32,000 nt of DNA from Promethearchaeum syntrophicum (GCF_008000775.2 NZ_CP042905.2:3030001-3062000); one strand, 5' to 3'. Counted from the first letter of the stretch, positions 19,908-30,965 are shown. Numbers and translations are program-made. Notes: generated from the sequence alone by a model not told the origin.

Positions 19908-22118
19908 TTGATAATTATAATTGGGGGAATATTTATTAAGTTTAAGCTAGTTTCTGATTATGAACCAAAGGGAGATCAACCGAATGCTATTAAGGAACTT
20001 GTGGACGGAATTCGCAAAGGGCAAGGAAAAGAATTCCAAACGCTTCTAGGAGCCACGGGCACAGGTAAAACGTATACCATCGCCAACGTTATCTCCCAAG
20101 TTAATTTACCCACTTTAGTAATGGCTCCAAATAAACTATTGGCAGCGCAATTGTATCAAGAATTTAAGGATTTTTTTCCAGAAAATTCTGTGCACTATTA
20201 TATCTCATATTTTGACTACTATCAACCAGAAGCCTACCTACCCGCCAAGGGAATGTATATCGAGAAGGATTCTTCAGTAAATGAAGAAATTATGAAATAT
20301 CGATTAGCAAGTACCTATGCTTTAATGACCCGTCAAGATGTCATTGTAGTTGCTTCGGTATCATGTATTTATGGAATTGGAAATCCAAAGGAATGGGCGC
20401 AAAAAAGCCTATTGATTGAAAAAGGAATGGAAATTGACAGAAGAACTCTTATGAAAAAGTTGATTTCAATCAATTATAAAAGAAATGATGTTGATTTTTC
20501 TCGCGGAAAAATACGGGTTCGGGGGGATGTGGTTGATATTTTTCCAGGTTATTTTGATGTTTATTATAGAGTTACCCTTTTCGGGGATGAAATCGAAGAT
20601 ATTTTCGAAATGAACCCAATAACGAATGAAAAAATTCATGAATTTGATAACTTAAAGATATTTCCGACAAGCGAGTATGTTACCATAGAAGAATTAAAAG
20701 AAAAGATAATTCGAGAAGTTTTTGAAGAATTAGAAGACCGTCTCGAATACTTCAAATCGAATAAACAATGGGCAGAAGCTCAGCGTCTAGAGGAGCGAGT
20801 TAATTACGATATGGAAATGATTAGAGAAATGGGATATTGTAGCGGGATAGAAAATTACTCGAGATTTTTGGATCAACGAGAACCAGGTGCGACCCCAGCT
20901 TGTTTATATGATTATTTTCCTAAAGAATTTCTTCTAGTTATGGATGAATCCCATATTGGAATCCCTCAGATTCGGGGAATGATTAAGGGTGATCAAGCCC
21001 GTAAAAAAAATTTAGTTGATTATGGGTTTCGACTTCCAAGTGCTTTGGATAATCGACCATTAATGTTTGATGAATGGAGGAAAAAGGTCAGTCATGTGAT
21101 TTGTACAAGTGCAACACCAGGACCTTACGAACTTAAACAAGGTAATGGTAAATGGATAGATCAAGTTATTCGACCGACAGGTTTAGTTGATCCTGAAGTA
21201 GAAATACGTCCAGTTGAACACCAGATTGATGATTTATTAAATGAAATTCACGTTGAGATTAAAAAAGGAAATCGAGTATTAGTAACAACCTTAACCAAAA
21301 AAATGGCTGAAAATATAGCAGATTATTTTAAGGATTTGGGCATAAAAATTGAATATCTTCATTCAGATATCGATACAGTTGAACGAATGGAACTCATACG
21401 CGGATTAAGACAAGGAAATTTTGATGTATTAATCGGGATAAATCTTCTTCGTGAAGGATTAGACTTACCCGAAGTGGGGTTGGTTGCAATTCTCGACGGA
21501 GACAAAGCAGGTTTCTTAAGAGATACAAGATCTTTAATTCAGACTATCGGTCGTGCGTCTCGTAATGCTAGTGGTCGGGTAATTATTTATGCAGATAGAA
21601 TTACATCATCTATAGAAGCTGCAGTAAAAGAGACAGACAGACGACGTGCTAAACAGCTTGAATATAATGAAAAACATGGAATTACTCCGACCACCATTCA
21701 AAAACGAGTTCAAGAGTCACTATCAGAAAAACCTGATGAAGAAGAAGGTCCTTCAAAAACTTTTAGATCGGTACTTCATGCTGTAATTGAAAAGAACGAA
21801 AATGAAGAAGATATTTTGCAGCACTTAGAAATTTCTATGATGGAAGCTGCTAAAGAATTAGAATTTGAAAGAGCCGCACTCCTAAGAGATTTAATAAAAG
21901 ATATCAAAACAGGAAAAATGAAAATTGAAAAATTGAAGGAATCTATTTCAGAGGATCAATTTAAAATAAAAGATCAAGGTAAAAAGGTTCAACAAGATTC
22001 TCAAGATTACTCAGGATTTCAAATTATGGGAACAATTGAACACGTGAGTAAACGAGATTTTGATAGAGTTAAACCACAGAAAAAAACAACTAAAAAACGA
22101 AAGAAGAGAAGAAGGTAA
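19908..22118 (+). CDS. uvrB: Excinuclease ABC subunit B
   Basis: [93 protein letters not shown]-terminal UVR motif. True start may be the AUU at 19935 (see findings). Confidence 0.98.
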   Translation: MIIIIGGIFIKFKLVSDYEPKGDQPNAIKELVDGIRKGQGKEFQTLLGATGTGKTYTIANVISQVNLPTLVMAPNKLLAAQLYQEFKDFFPENSVHYYISYFDYYQPEAYLPAKGMYIEKDSSVNEEIMKYRLASTYALMTRQDVIVVASVSCIYGIGNPKEWAQKSLLIEKGMEIDRRTLMKKLISINYKRNDVDFSRGKIRVRGDVVDIFPGYFDVYYRVTLFGDEIEDIFEMNPITNEKIHEFDNLKIFPTSEYVTIEELKEKIIREVFEELEDRLEYFKSNKQWAEAQRLEERVNYDMEMIREMGYCSGIENYSRFLDQREPGATPACLYDYFPKEFLLVMDESHIGIPQIRGMIKGDQARKKNLVDYGFRLPSALDNRPLMFDEWRKKVSHVICTSATPGPYELKQGNGKWIDQVIRPTGLVDPEVEIRPVEHQIDDLLNEIHVEIKKGNRVLVTTLTKKMAENIADYFKDLGIKIEYLHSDIDTVERMELIRGLRQGNFDVLIGINLLREGLDLPEVGLVAILDGDKAGFLRDTRSLIQTIGRASRNASGRVIIYADRITSSIEAAVKETDRRRAKQLEYNEKHGITPTTIQKRVQESLSEKPDEEEGPSKTFRSVLHAVIEKNENEEDILQHLEISMMEAAKELEFERAALLRDLIKDIKTGKMKIEKLKESISEDQFKIKDQGKKVQQDSQDYSGFQIMGTIEHVSKRDFDRVKPQKKTTKKRKKRRR

Positions 22119-25096
22119 TGGGAAAAGATTTTATAATTATTAAAGGCGCACGACAGAATAACCTTAAAAATATTAGCCTTAAAATTCCTCGCGATAAGCT
22201 GGTGGTATTTACGGGATTAAGTGGGTCCGGTAAAAGTTCACTCGCAATAGATACAATTTATGCTGAAGGACAACGGCGATATTTAGAATCACTTAATACT
22301 TATGCACGTCAATTCTTGGGAAGTATGGATAAACCAGATTTAGATTATATCGAGGGGTTGAGTCCGTCTATTGCGATTGAACAAAAAGCAGTAAGTAAGA
22401 ATCCAAGAAGTACGGTAGGCACTGTTACTGAAATATACGATTATTTAAGACTTCTATATGCAAACGTCGGTATTCCTCACTGTCATATCTGTGGGGATGA
22501 AATCGAGCCATTAACTACCCAAGAAATGACCGCGAATATTTTAAAAAGTTTAGAAATTAATACAAAATTTCGAGTTTTAGCCCCAATCATCCAACGAAAG
22601 AAGGGAGAATACGGGGAAGTATTCAAACAATTAAAAAAAGAAGGTTATACCAGAGTTATTGTTGATAGAATCGAATTCCAGTTAGATGAAGAAATATCCT
22701 TGGATAAAAACAAATTTCATGATATTGATGTAGTACTTGACAGATTGGTAAAAAAGAACACTGAAAATTTTAGAAAACGACTTGCTGATGCTGTTGAACA
22801 AGCTTCTGAGTTAGCAGAAGGTTTAGTTAAAATATGGATTGTAGATTCAGAACCGAAAATATATTCAGAAAGTCTTTTTTGTCCAAAATGTGGTGTTTCA
22901 ATGCCAGAATTACGCGCTCAATTATTTTCATTTAACACGCCTCTAGGAATGTGCCCAAAATGTAATGGTTTAGGGACGTCATTCGCGTTCACTGAAAGTC
23001 GATTATTTCCTAATAAAGAACAAACAGTTTATGATAGTAATTTAAGACATATTGGCGGTTTTGGAACGTTAGATTCATATACATGGAAAATCATTGAATC
23101 TGTGGCCAAACATTACAAAATTGATTTAGATATCCCTATTGAAGAATTACCTACTAAATTCTGGAAAATTTTCCTTAGAGGATCAGGTAGGACAAAAATT
23201 GCATTTCATTTAGGTTCAGACCAAAAAGCAAATCCAGACAGTGAATACTCCTACAATTTCTCTCGCCCATTTGAGGGGATTTTAAATACTTTACAACGTC
23301 GATACTTACAAACTAATTCTGAATACTCAAGAGATTACTATGAGAAGTGGATGGATGAACAAACATGTGATCTTTGTCACGGTCTACGATTGAGACAAGA
23401 AGCTTTAGCAGTCACTATCAATGACATTAATATTGCCGAAATTACTAAGTATACAGTTGATCGAGCATTAGAATTCCTAAAAAAATTGAAAAAGCGACTG
23501 AACAAAAGACAAATGCTAATTGTTAAAGATGTTCTAAAGGAACTATTTGATCGCTATAAATTCTTACTAAATGTCGGTTTACACTATATTACAATGAACA
23601 GACAATCAAAAACACTATCAGGAGGAGAATCCGAACGGGTTCGGCTAGCGACACAGATAGGATCGAATTTAGTCGGTGTTTTATATGTCTTAGATGAACC
23701 ATCCATTGGACTTCACCCCAGAGATAAATTTAAATTAATCAGAATGCTCGAACAATTAAGAGATAATGGAAATTCTATTTTAGTAGTCGAGCATGATGAG
23801 GATATTATTCGTTCAGCAGATTTTGTAGTCGATCTTGGTCCAGGTGCGGGCATTCATGGAGGCAAGATAGTAGTTGCTGACACAGTAGATGTGGTTGAAA
23901 AACATCCAAAATCGATTACGGGAAAATATTTACGTGGGGATGCTTTTATACCTCTTCCGGGTTATAGAAGATCTGAGATTGAAAATTGGATTTCAATTAA
24001 GGGTGCGCGCGCAAATAATTTAAAAAATGTTGATATAAAAATTCCGTTAGGTGTTCTAACTGTTGTTACTGGAGTAAGTGGAGCGGGAAAATCCAGTTTG
24101 ATAATGGAGATTCTGTATAAAGGGCTGCATAAAAAAATTTCCCGTGATTCCAGATTAACTCCTGGTGAATTTGATGAAATTGAAGGGGCAGAATATATTG
24201 ATAAAATAATCCATATCGATCAAAGACCCATTGGAAGAACACCGCGATCAATTCCTGCTACTTATACAAAGATTTTCGATCATGTGAGAGATCTCTTTGA
24301 ACAAACTGAAGAAGCTAAAATTCGCGGGTACAAAAAAGGCCGTTTTAGTTTTAATGTAAAAAAGGGTCGATGTGAAAAATGCCAAGGTTCAGGGTTTAAT
24401 TTAATCGAGATGCAATTTTTGCCCTCCGTTTATGTAAGATGTGATGTTTGTAAAGGAAAACGTTATAATTCAGAAACTCTCGAGGTTAAATTCAAAGATA
24501 AGAATATTTCCGATGTTTTAGAAATGTCACATGAGGAAGCATATGAATTCTTTAAGAATTTTCCTAAGATAAGAAATATTATAAAAACCGTTAATGATGT
24601 CGGTTTGGGATATATCAAATTAGGTCAATCATCTACTACATTATCTGGTGGAGAAGCTCAACGAGTTAAACTTTCTCGAGAATTAAGTAAACGGAATACA
24701 GGAAAAACACTCTATATTTTAGATGAACCCACTACAGGATTACATTTTCACGATGTTCTTCAATTAATTCAAGTAATCCAAAAATTGGTTGATTTAGGTA
24801 ATTCAGTAATTATCATTGAGCATAATCTAGATATTATAAAATCTGCAGATTATATTGTTGATTTAGGCCCCGAGGGTGGAGATGAGGGAGGCAATATTGT
24901 TGGTTTAGGCACACCCAAGCAAATTGTAGAAAATCCGAATTCATATACAGGAGATTACCTTAAACCCATTTTAGATACCCATAACGAAAAAAACCATGTG
25001 GAATACGTGGAAGAACGTAAAAACATGCCAAAAATTAACCCTAACGTTACTAATAATGGTTTTTATCGAAACGGTAGAAAAAAAAAAATAAAGTAA
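22118..25096 (+). CDS. uvrA: Excinuclease ABC subunit A
   Basis: [89 protein letters not shown], zinc-finger CxxC pairs. 1-nt overlap (TAATG) with uvrB. Confidence 0.98.
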   Translation: MGKDFIIIKGARQNNLKNISLKIPRDKLVVFTGLSGSGKSSLAIDTIYAEGQRRYLESLNTYARQFLGSMDKPDLDYIEGLSPSIAIEQKAVSKNPRSTVGTVTEIYDYLRLLYANVGIPHCHICGDEIEPLTTQEMTANILKSLEINTKFRVLAPIIQRKKGEYGEVFKQLKKEGYTRVIVDRIEFQLDEEISLDKNKFHDIDVVLDRLVKKNTENFRKRLADAVEQASELAEGLVKIWIVDSEPKIYSESLFCPKCGVSMPELRAQLFSFNTPLGMCPKCNGLGTSFAFTESRLFPNKEQTVYDSNLRHIGGFGTLDSYTWKIIESVAKHYKIDLDIPIEELPTKFWKIFLRGSGRTKIAFHLGSDQKANPDSEYSYNFSRPFEGILNTLQRRYLQTNSEYSRDYYEKWMDEQTCDLCHGLRLRQEALAVTINDINIAEITKYTVDRALEFLKKLKKRLNKRQMLIVKDVLKELFDRYKFLLNVGLHYITMNRQSKTLSGGESERVRLATQIGSNLVGVLYVLDEPSIGLHPRDKFKLIRMLEQLRDNGNSILVVEHDEDIIRSADFVVDLGPGAGIHGGKIVVADTVDVVEKHPKSITGKYLRGDAFIPLPGYRRSEIENWISIKGARANNLKNVDIKIPLGVLTVVTGVSGAGKSSLIMEILYKGLHKKISRDSRLTPGEFDEIEGAEYIDKIIHIDQRPIGRTPRSIPATYTKIFDHVRDLFEQTEEAKIRGYKKGRFSFNVKKGRCEKCQGSGFNLIEMQFLPSVYVRCDVCKGKRYNSETLEVKFKDKNISDVLEMSHEEAYEFFKNFPKIRNIIKTVNDVGLGYIKLGQSSTTLSGGEAQRVKLSRELSKRNTGKTLYILDEPTTGLHFHDVLQLIQVIQKLVDLGNSVIIIEHNLDIIKSADYIVDLGPEGGDEGGNIVGLGTPKQIVENPNSYTGDYLKPILDTHNEKNHVEYVEERKNMPKINPNVTNNGFYRNGRKKKIK

Positions 25097-25103
25097 GATT
25101 TTC

Positions 25104-25247
25104 CTAGCTCAATAATTCAGTATAAAGTAAATATTCAGAAGCAATGGCCGCAATTAATATTATTGTCCAATAAACAACTCTGAATATTTTCCATATTTTT
25201 ATTTTATTATTTCTTAGTTTCATCAATAACGGTTCTTTTTCACTCAA
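25104..25247 (-). CDS. Possible tiny single-TM protein (47 aa, TTG start) below the ORF-track cutoff
   Basis: Translation MSEKEPLLMKLRNNKIKIWKIFRVVYWTIILIAAIASEYLLYTELLS. GAGGAG on the minus strand about 12 nt upstream, immediately after the stop of the preceding ORF. Confidence 0.35.
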   Translation of the reverse strand: MSEKEPLLMKLRNNKIKIWKIFRVVYWTIILIAAIASEYLLYTELLS

Positions 25248-25273
25248 AGGTTTTTCTCACTCTCCTCGATCTA

Positions 25274-25432
25274 TTAAAGTAAAAAATTTGATCCAAACGC
25301 AATTAATGGATATAATACCAGAAATCCAACCACAATCATCAAGATTATTTCAGAGATAAACTTAAATCTTGTTTTTAAACTTTCATTTGATTTTTTTGCT
25401 TTGATTTCCTTAAGTTCATCGTTTTCAGCCAT
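25274..25432 (-). CDS. Small single-TM protein (52 aa)
   Basis: MAENDELKEIKAKKSNESLKTRFKFISEIILMIVVGFLVLYPLIAFGSNFLL. AGGAGG Shine-Dalgarno-like sequence 8 nt upstream of ATG 25432, at the end of the preceding gene. Confidence 0.6.
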   Translation of the reverse strand: MAENDELKEIKAKKSNESLKTRFKFISEIILMIVVGFLVLYPLIAFGSNFLL

Positions 25433-25433
25433 T

Positions 25434-26744
25434 TTAATTACCTCCTGCAATATCATCAGCATAAGCTAATAAGCCTATTATGCTAACTTTCGCCATTCGT
25501 ATGTCAGTTTTCGGGAAAAATGCCAACCCTACAAACCAAGCGTAATCTTTCTTGATTAGGTTTGTATAATAGCATATATAAACTGATCCATCTTTAATAA
25601 CCACGCCTGTATATGCAGTATCACCATTGCTGGGTAAATCAAATAACAAAACCAATCTATCATTTTTTACTTCATAAAATGCAGTTCTCTTCTTAGCAAA
25701 ATGATTTCCCATATCATCCCTAGGACCTAAATGATTTCTTCCGACACCAAACGTTCGATTGTTTATGGTAAAAAGAGTTGCTCCATCAAATCTAGTTTGG
25801 AAATCTGATGAAAAACTCCACTTTGTAAAATTCTCTGAACTAATCCCAATTACTGTTGCGCCATGTGGAGTCCCAAAAGCATAACCCGGTAACCCCATGC
25901 TTCCAACTCTGTGCGTGGAAATAATTTCTCCATTGGGAAGAAAATCTATGCAGGCTTCTCCATTTCCATATCTTGTATATACTTCAGATACCTCATTCCA
26001 ATGATGACCATCTATACTGCTTAAAAGAATTGTAATGGTATTGGCTACATCTGCATCATGCTCTGTCCCTGCGATTTCACCGTATTTTCTCCCTGAAGCA
26101 AGAACATACCAAGTAATATCATCTGGAGTTTTCGGTCTCCATAAATTCCAACCACCAGTTAAGAAGTTTTGATTTGTACCATTTGAGAAGGTATAAGTAA
26201 CATTTACTTCTAATTCCTTTGGGGTTGGAAATGTCTGAAATCCATCATCGCTATAAGTATAGAACGTAGTATTGGGTCCAGGATCGAAATTATAATTCGG
26301 TAGAAAATAAAGGAATAATTTCCCTCCAATTTCTGCAAATTTCGGATCACGAACGTCAGTATTTGGAACTTTAATTTTTGCCACTTCCTCCCAACTACCT
26401 TCCGAAGCATCCGATGATTTTTTTATCACTAAACATCCTTTCGTATCTTGCAGATGCCATTTGGTTTGGGCGTGTATTAAATAAAAGTTATTGTCATGAA
26501 AAATCATATCTGTATTAGATTTATGTTGTTCACTTCGGTTATTTCCCGCTTCAGCAACCGTCCAATCTTCATATTGCAAAATTGGGTCATATGTATAATC
26601 TGGAGGGGCTCTCACTTGATTAAAAACCAACCATGCCCCAAAAAATGCGATTGGGCTGATTATTACAATATAGATGATGATTAATGTGAATTTCATTATT
26701 TTTTTATTTTTTAATCCAAATTTGAGATTTATTTTCCCACTCAT
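25434..26744 (-). CDS. Membrane-anchored extracellular protein, probable sialidase/glycosidase-like beta-propeller
   Basis: N-terminal signal anchor (MKFTLIIIYIVIISPIAFFGAWLVF). Repeated pattern such as GCLVIKKSSDASEGSWEEVAKI, TTFYTYSDDGFQTF, ITILLSSIDGHHWNEV, GATVIGISSENFTKWSF. Alternative ATG start at 26696. Confidence 0.6.
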   Translation of the reverse strand: MSGKINLKFGLKNKKIMKFTLIIIYIVIISPIAFFGAWLVFNQVRAPPDYTYDPILQYEDWTVAEAGNNRSEQHKSNTDMIFHDNNFYLIHAQTKWHLQDTKGCLVIKKSSDASEGSWEEVAKIKVPNTDVRDPKFAEIGGKLFLYFLPNYNFDPGPNTTFYTYSDDGFQTFPTPKELEVNVTYTFSNGTNQNFLTGGWNLWRPKTPDDITWYVLASGRKYGEIAGTEHDADVANTITILLSSIDGHHWNEVSEVYTRYGNGEACIDFLPNGEIISTHRVGSMGLPGYAFGTPHGATVIGISSENFTKWSFSSDFQTRFDGATLFTINNRTFGVGRNHLGPRDDMGNHFAKKRTAFYEVKNDRLVLLFDLPSNGDTAYTGVVIKDGSVYICYYTNLIKKDYAWFVGLAFFPKTDIRMAKVSIIGLLAYADDIAGGN

Positions 26745-26838
26745 ATTTTTAGCTCGATATAAATCTAAATAAATGTTTATTTTGAGTGTAGATCTTTAAG
26801 AAGTAAAATATTTAATACTACATAGCGAGATTAAGACA

Positions 26839-27642
26839 ATGTCAAAAATACTGGAAAATAATGTTAAGCATCTAAATGCAACATATAGCAATATTAACGT
26901 TTATTTTGAACTAAAGCAATTTACAGTTATTGCGAAAGGAAAAACATATGATCATAAAGAAAAATTAAAGGATCTAGGTTTTTTTTGGAATGCGAAAAAT
27001 AAAGTCTGGGAAATTTCTGTTGATAAATTAGTTGAAAGAGATTTATCAAAAACATTTGTGGGACCATATCAACCAATGGAAGACACTAAAAAGAAAATTC
27101 TCGAATATATTGAACAAGTATCCAATAAATATCTACACGATCTGTTGGAAATTGTTTTCATTAAAGGAGAATATCGTGTTTCGTTTTTTAATTCTCCAGG
27201 AGCTAAGAGATACCATCATGCGTATACTGGAGGATTAGCTGAACACACACTTCAAATCTTAGAAGGAGCACTTGAATTGATTAAAATTTATCCCTATTTA
27301 GATATCAGTCGAGAAATGATAATTACAAGCGCGCTATTACATGATATCGGAAAAGTGAAATGCTATGTTAATACCAGTGATGGAATTCAAATCACCAAAT
27401 ATTTGGAGGATTTTGATCATATTATCTTTGGGATTACGATTGTCAGTCGATTATCCGAAGAATTAATTCAATCAGATGAAGATAAGAAAAAATTTGAACA
27501 TTTAATTCAAATTATTACCAGTCATCATAACATCAAAGATTGGGGGTCGCCTAAAGAACCGAAAAGCCCTGAAGCGTGGATAATTCACACAATGGATCAA
27601 CTTTCATCGAAAATTGGTGGGACTGTAAAAAATAAAAATTGA
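26839..27642 (+). CDS. HD-domain phosphohydrolase/exonuclease related to the YhaM family, with DUF5710-like N-terminal module
   Basis: AKRYHHAYTGGLAEHTLQILE, SALLHDIGKVKCY, HIIFGITIV, LIQIITSHHNIKDWGSPKEPKSPEAWIIHTMDQLSSKIG. The N-terminus has KTYDHKEKLKDLGFFWNAKNKVWEI. Confidence 0.85.
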   Translation: MSKILENNVKHLNATYSNINVYFELKQFTVIAKGKTYDHKEKLKDLGFFWNAKNKVWEISVDKLVERDLSKTFVGPYQPMEDTKKKILEYIEQVSNKYLHDLLEIVFIKGEYRVSFFNSPGAKRYHHAYTGGLAEHTLQILEGALELIKIYPYLDISREMIITSALLHDIGKVKCYVNTSDGIQITKYLEDFDHIIFGITIVSRLSEELIQSDEDKKKFEHLIQIITSHHNIKDWGSPKEPKSPEAWIIHTMDQLSSKIGGTVKNKN

Positions 27643-27660
27643 AAAGATTCTTTTCGCACA

Positions 27661-28398
27661 TTAATCGAAAATCCGATTCTTTTTGTTTGAGTATGGGAAA
27701 AAAAATTTGATCTTTTTTCCTTTCACTATTATTCCTAATGCTGAAATGGCAAAAATTGAGATAAATACTTCCGTTGGAAAGCTAGGAATGGTCAACTCTG
27801 ATCCCTTAATTAGCATTCCAGATTTTTCACCATTTTTAATAGTTATATTTTCCCAATGCTCAAGTATACCATTTTTATTCCATTGTTTCTTCACGTGCTG
27901 ATATTCTTTAATTTCAGTATCTCCCACACTATATTCTAATCCATATATTAGTTTTTTGATATTGAAAGTGATTGAGTCGTTTTCCCCATACGTTGTGTTA
28001 AGAAAATCGGTTTGTTGTTCAACTCTCTCATTAAGTGTATCTTTAAAATAATCGAAAATATCATCTGAGATCAGAAGGACTACCATTTTCAAAATTGTGA
28101 GCTGAAAAATTGCAATTGCACCATTAACTTCAAAATCAGAGCTCAAATCTATTTTATCTATTTTTAAATCTGTAATTACTGAATATATCATTTCTAGTTG
28201 TGAATTTATCTCTTCTATTGTCACTATAAATGAGCCGTTTATTTTAATATCACCTTCATCCCAATGGGTTAACTCAAAATTCAATTCCTCTCTTTCTTTA
28301 ACCGACCATCCATTAGCTGCTACTACTGGTGGAATTGAATTAAATCCTATTAAGAGCATCAACACAGAAACAAAACCGAATTTTAATTTTTTTCTCAT
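27661..28398 (-). CDS. Exported protein with C-terminal TM / possible sorting-signal tail
   Basis: Signal peptide MRKKLKFGFVSVLMLLIGFNSIPPVVAA. C-terminus IPSFPTEVFISIFAISALGIIVKGKKIKF. Confidence 0.6.
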   Translation of the reverse strand: MRKKLKFGFVSVLMLLIGFNSIPPVVAANGWSVKEREELNFELTHWDEGDIKINGSFIVTIEEINSQLEMIYSVITDLKIDKIDLSSDFEVNGAIAIFQLTILKMVVLLISDDIFDYFKDTLNERVEQQTDFLNTTYGENDSITFNIKKLIYGLEYSVGDTEIKEYQHVKKQWNKNGILEHWENITIKNGEKSGMLIKGSELTIPSFPTEVFISIFAISALGIIVKGKKIKFFFPYSNKKNRIFD

Positions 28399-28571
28399 TT
28401 TTTTTCTAATCCGTTTTAATTATAACTAAAAAGAATATTATTCTATATATTTGTGCATTAATATTAAAAAAGATTGGAACATAGAATCCCAATTGCGAGG
28501 GTGATTCACACAAAGGATCAAATGAAATCAAAAATTGATGGAAAGGTAAAAAAAAAAAAGTTGAGAACGCT

Positions 28572-29348
28572 TCAGCTTATCATTTTTATGAATTTTTTCT
28601 TCGTTTCATAGGTATATGTAAGAAATTTTCCATCATGATAAATAGCACAAGTCCCGTAAGGATGTGGGCATGCCCTAGCTTTTTCTACTGTATCGATCGG
28701 AATTTCTTTGTAGGGAATCGATAATTCTTTCGCAACTTCCTTTAACTGATCTTGTAATCCTACCATATAGGGACACTGATTTGCAAAATATAATGTTATT
28801 CCCTTTTTTTCTGGAGCAGGCAAATGATCCCCAAATTTCTTTTCTGATTCTGGGACAAAATATGGATTTGGACTTTTTTTACTGAATTTGAAAACCATTA
28901 ATTCCATATGAGGAGGATATTCATCAACTACAGAAAATCCCATTTTTTCAAAAATTGCTTTTTTTGCCATCCAAGTTCTATTGGTAACTACAACTGCAAC
29001 ACCGATTTTTCCTAATGATTTTGCATCATCAATACATTTTTGAACTAATTGTGAACCATATCCTTTTCCTTTTTGCCTTCCAACAACCCATACACAATGA
29101 ATAACCATATATTCTGGAGCAATTATTCCCCGCCATGTGAACTCCCCAGGAATATATTCAATAAAACCTCGAGAAGTATAACCTTTTGTTTCTTCAACAT
29201 GAAGGAGTTGAATTTTCATCCCTTCTTTAAAACGTTTCTTAGCCCATGCTTCCTTGTTCCTATAACCGGGTTTATTTTTTTGGGATTTCTTACAAAATAG
29301 ATCATAATCCTGTAAATTCTCTAGATTTATCTCAATAATCTTCGCCAT
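28572..29348 (-). CDS. GNAT acetyltransferase with C-terminal YoaP-like domain
   Basis: VIHCVWVVGRQKGKGYGSQLVQKCIDDAKSLGKIGVAVVV...AKKAIFEKMGFSVVDE; C-terminal GITLYFANQCPYMVGLQDQLKEVAKELSIPYKEIPIDTVEKARACPHPYGTCAIYHDGKFLTY. Confidence 0.85.
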   Translation of the reverse strand: MAKIIEINLENLQDYDLFCKKSQKNKPGYRNKEAWAKKRFKEGMKIQLLHVEETKGYTSRGFIEYIPGEFTWRGIIAPEYMVIHCVWVVGRQKGKGYGSQLVQKCIDDAKSLGKIGVAVVVTNRTWMAKKAIFEKMGFSVVDEYPPHMELMVFKFSKKSPNPYFVPESEKKFGDHLPAPEKKGITLYFANQCPYMVGLQDQLKEVAKELSIPYKEIPIDTVEKARACPHPYGTCAIYHDGKFLTYTYETKKKFIKMIS

Positions 29349-29400
29349 AATTCTCTACCATTAGTATAATTTCGATGGTTAAAAAATTCTAGAATAATAA

Positions 29401-30837
29401 ATGATTAGATTAAATGTAAGATTAAAAAATGTCCCTCTCAATTCTTACCATATGGAATTAAAACACAAAAGAAAATTGGAAAATCTAATTATTGATTTGA
29501 TGCAAGAATGTAAAACACCAGGATTAGCAATTGGAATTTTTCAAGACGGAAAAGAAATCTATTCCGAAGGCTTTGGAGCAAGAAATCTGGAAGAAAACCT
29601 TCCAATGACCACAGATACTCTTTTTGGCATAGGGAGCATTACGAAATCATTTACAGCGATAGCAATAATGCAGCTAGTGGAACAAGGAAAAATCGATTTA
29701 GATGCTGCTGTCAGTAAATATGTTCATTTTGAATTAGGTTTTAAAGATTCCCCCATTACCATTCACCACATTCTCTCCCATTCTTCTGGAATTCCTGAAC
29801 TAGATGGAAGTGTCCATCCACTTGTTGTAAAAATGGGAGAATATAAGAATATATATCCCCTTTCAAGTGAAAATGATTTTTTACGACACGTAAATAATGC
29901 AAAAGATGAAATTCTTTACAAACCCGAGGAGAAATTCTATTATTGTAATGATATGTTTGAGATTCTCAGAATTATTATCGAGCAAAATACAAATATGAAA
30001 ATTGCGGACTATATCAAAGAAAATATTTTTATACCACTTGAAATGACACGAAGTACCTATCTAAAAGAGGATATTGAAAGTGATCCCCTTCAAAACTCTT
30101 GTATCGGTTATATTTCAACAAAAGACGGTAAATCGATTAAGCCAAACCCATTTCCTTATGATACATTCCTTGGTGGAGCAGGAGGTATTTTAAGTTCAGT
30201 AAATGAACTGAAAAATTATCTTGAAATGTTGGTTAGTGGGGGAAAGTTTAAAGACAAGCAAATAATTTCAAAATCCTCTATTGAAAAATTATGGACACCC
30301 GTTATTTCGACTCCTTATGGTGGTGGTAAAGATCCGCATTATTGTTATGGTTGGATCAGGGAAGATGATTTTTTTGAAGATATATTTATTCACCATAGTG
30401 GAAGTGTTGATGTTTCATCTGGATTTGTAGGTATTATTCCGAAATTGAAATTATATATTATAGCTGGTGAAAATGACGGATTTACTATTGGAAAAACAAT
30501 ATCTCGAGCAGCTTTTGCATTATTACAAGATCGAGATGTTGAAATCGCTGCTCCAATATTAAAATCACAAAGAATTATAAAAAAACTAACCGGAAAATAT
30601 ACAACATATCGAAATATTTATTCAGCAGAAATTTATCAAACAAATTTTGTTTTAATGGCTAAAGTGGAAGGAGACGAAGGTTTTTTAACATATCCGCTAG
30701 CTCCTAAGGATCTTGATAATCTTTTATTTTCGATTCCTTCTCTTTCTAAAACGTTTGGGGACGTAAAATTTGAAATAGATGAGAAAACTGGAAAGATTTC
30801 TTTTTCATTTGATAGATATATTTACCATAAGAAGTAA
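29401..30837 (+). CDS. Class C beta-lactamase-related serine hydrolase
   Basis: PGLAIGIFQDGKEIYSEGFGARNLEENLPMTTDTLFGIGSITKSFTAIAIMQLVEQGKIDLD (SxxK), FYYCND (YxN), HHSGSVDVSSGF (HxG-type). Alternative start ATG 29452. Confidence 0.93.
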   Translation: MIRLNVRLKNVPLNSYHMELKHKRKLENLIIDLMQECKTPGLAIGIFQDGKEIYSEGFGARNLEENLPMTTDTLFGIGSITKSFTAIAIMQLVEQGKIDLDAAVSKYVHFELGFKDSPITIHHILSHSSGIPELDGSVHPLVVKMGEYKNIYPLSSENDFLRHVNNAKDEILYKPEEKFYYCNDMFEILRIIIEQNTNMKIADYIKENIFIPLEMTRSTYLKEDIESDPLQNSCIGYISTKDGKSIKPNPFPYDTFLGGAGGILSSVNELKNYLEMLVSGGKFKDKQIISKSSIEKLWTPVISTPYGGGKDPHYCYGWIREDDFFEDIFIHHSGSVDVSSGFVGIIPKLKLYIIAGENDGFTIGKTISRAAFALLQDRDVEIAAPILKSQRIIKKLTGKYTTYRNIYSAEIYQTNFVLMAKVEGDEGFLTYPLAPKDLDNLLFSIPSLSKTFGDVKFEIDEKTGKISFSFDRYIYHKK

Positions 30838-30965
30838 GGATAAAATCGTATATCCTTCATTTATCTCTTTTTTTCCTAATTATTATAAATGATTATAGCA
30901 AAAAATTTATAACCATTAAGAAGGAATATTTTAAAATTCCGAAAATAAAATAGTATAGAGACATT

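Noticed and set aside
25274-25462. ORF-track start at 25462 for the small TM protein (MLMILQEVIKMAEND...)
   Set aside because: The ATG at 25432 has a well-placed AGGAGG upstream and minimal overlap with the preceding gene, so the longer start is unlikely.
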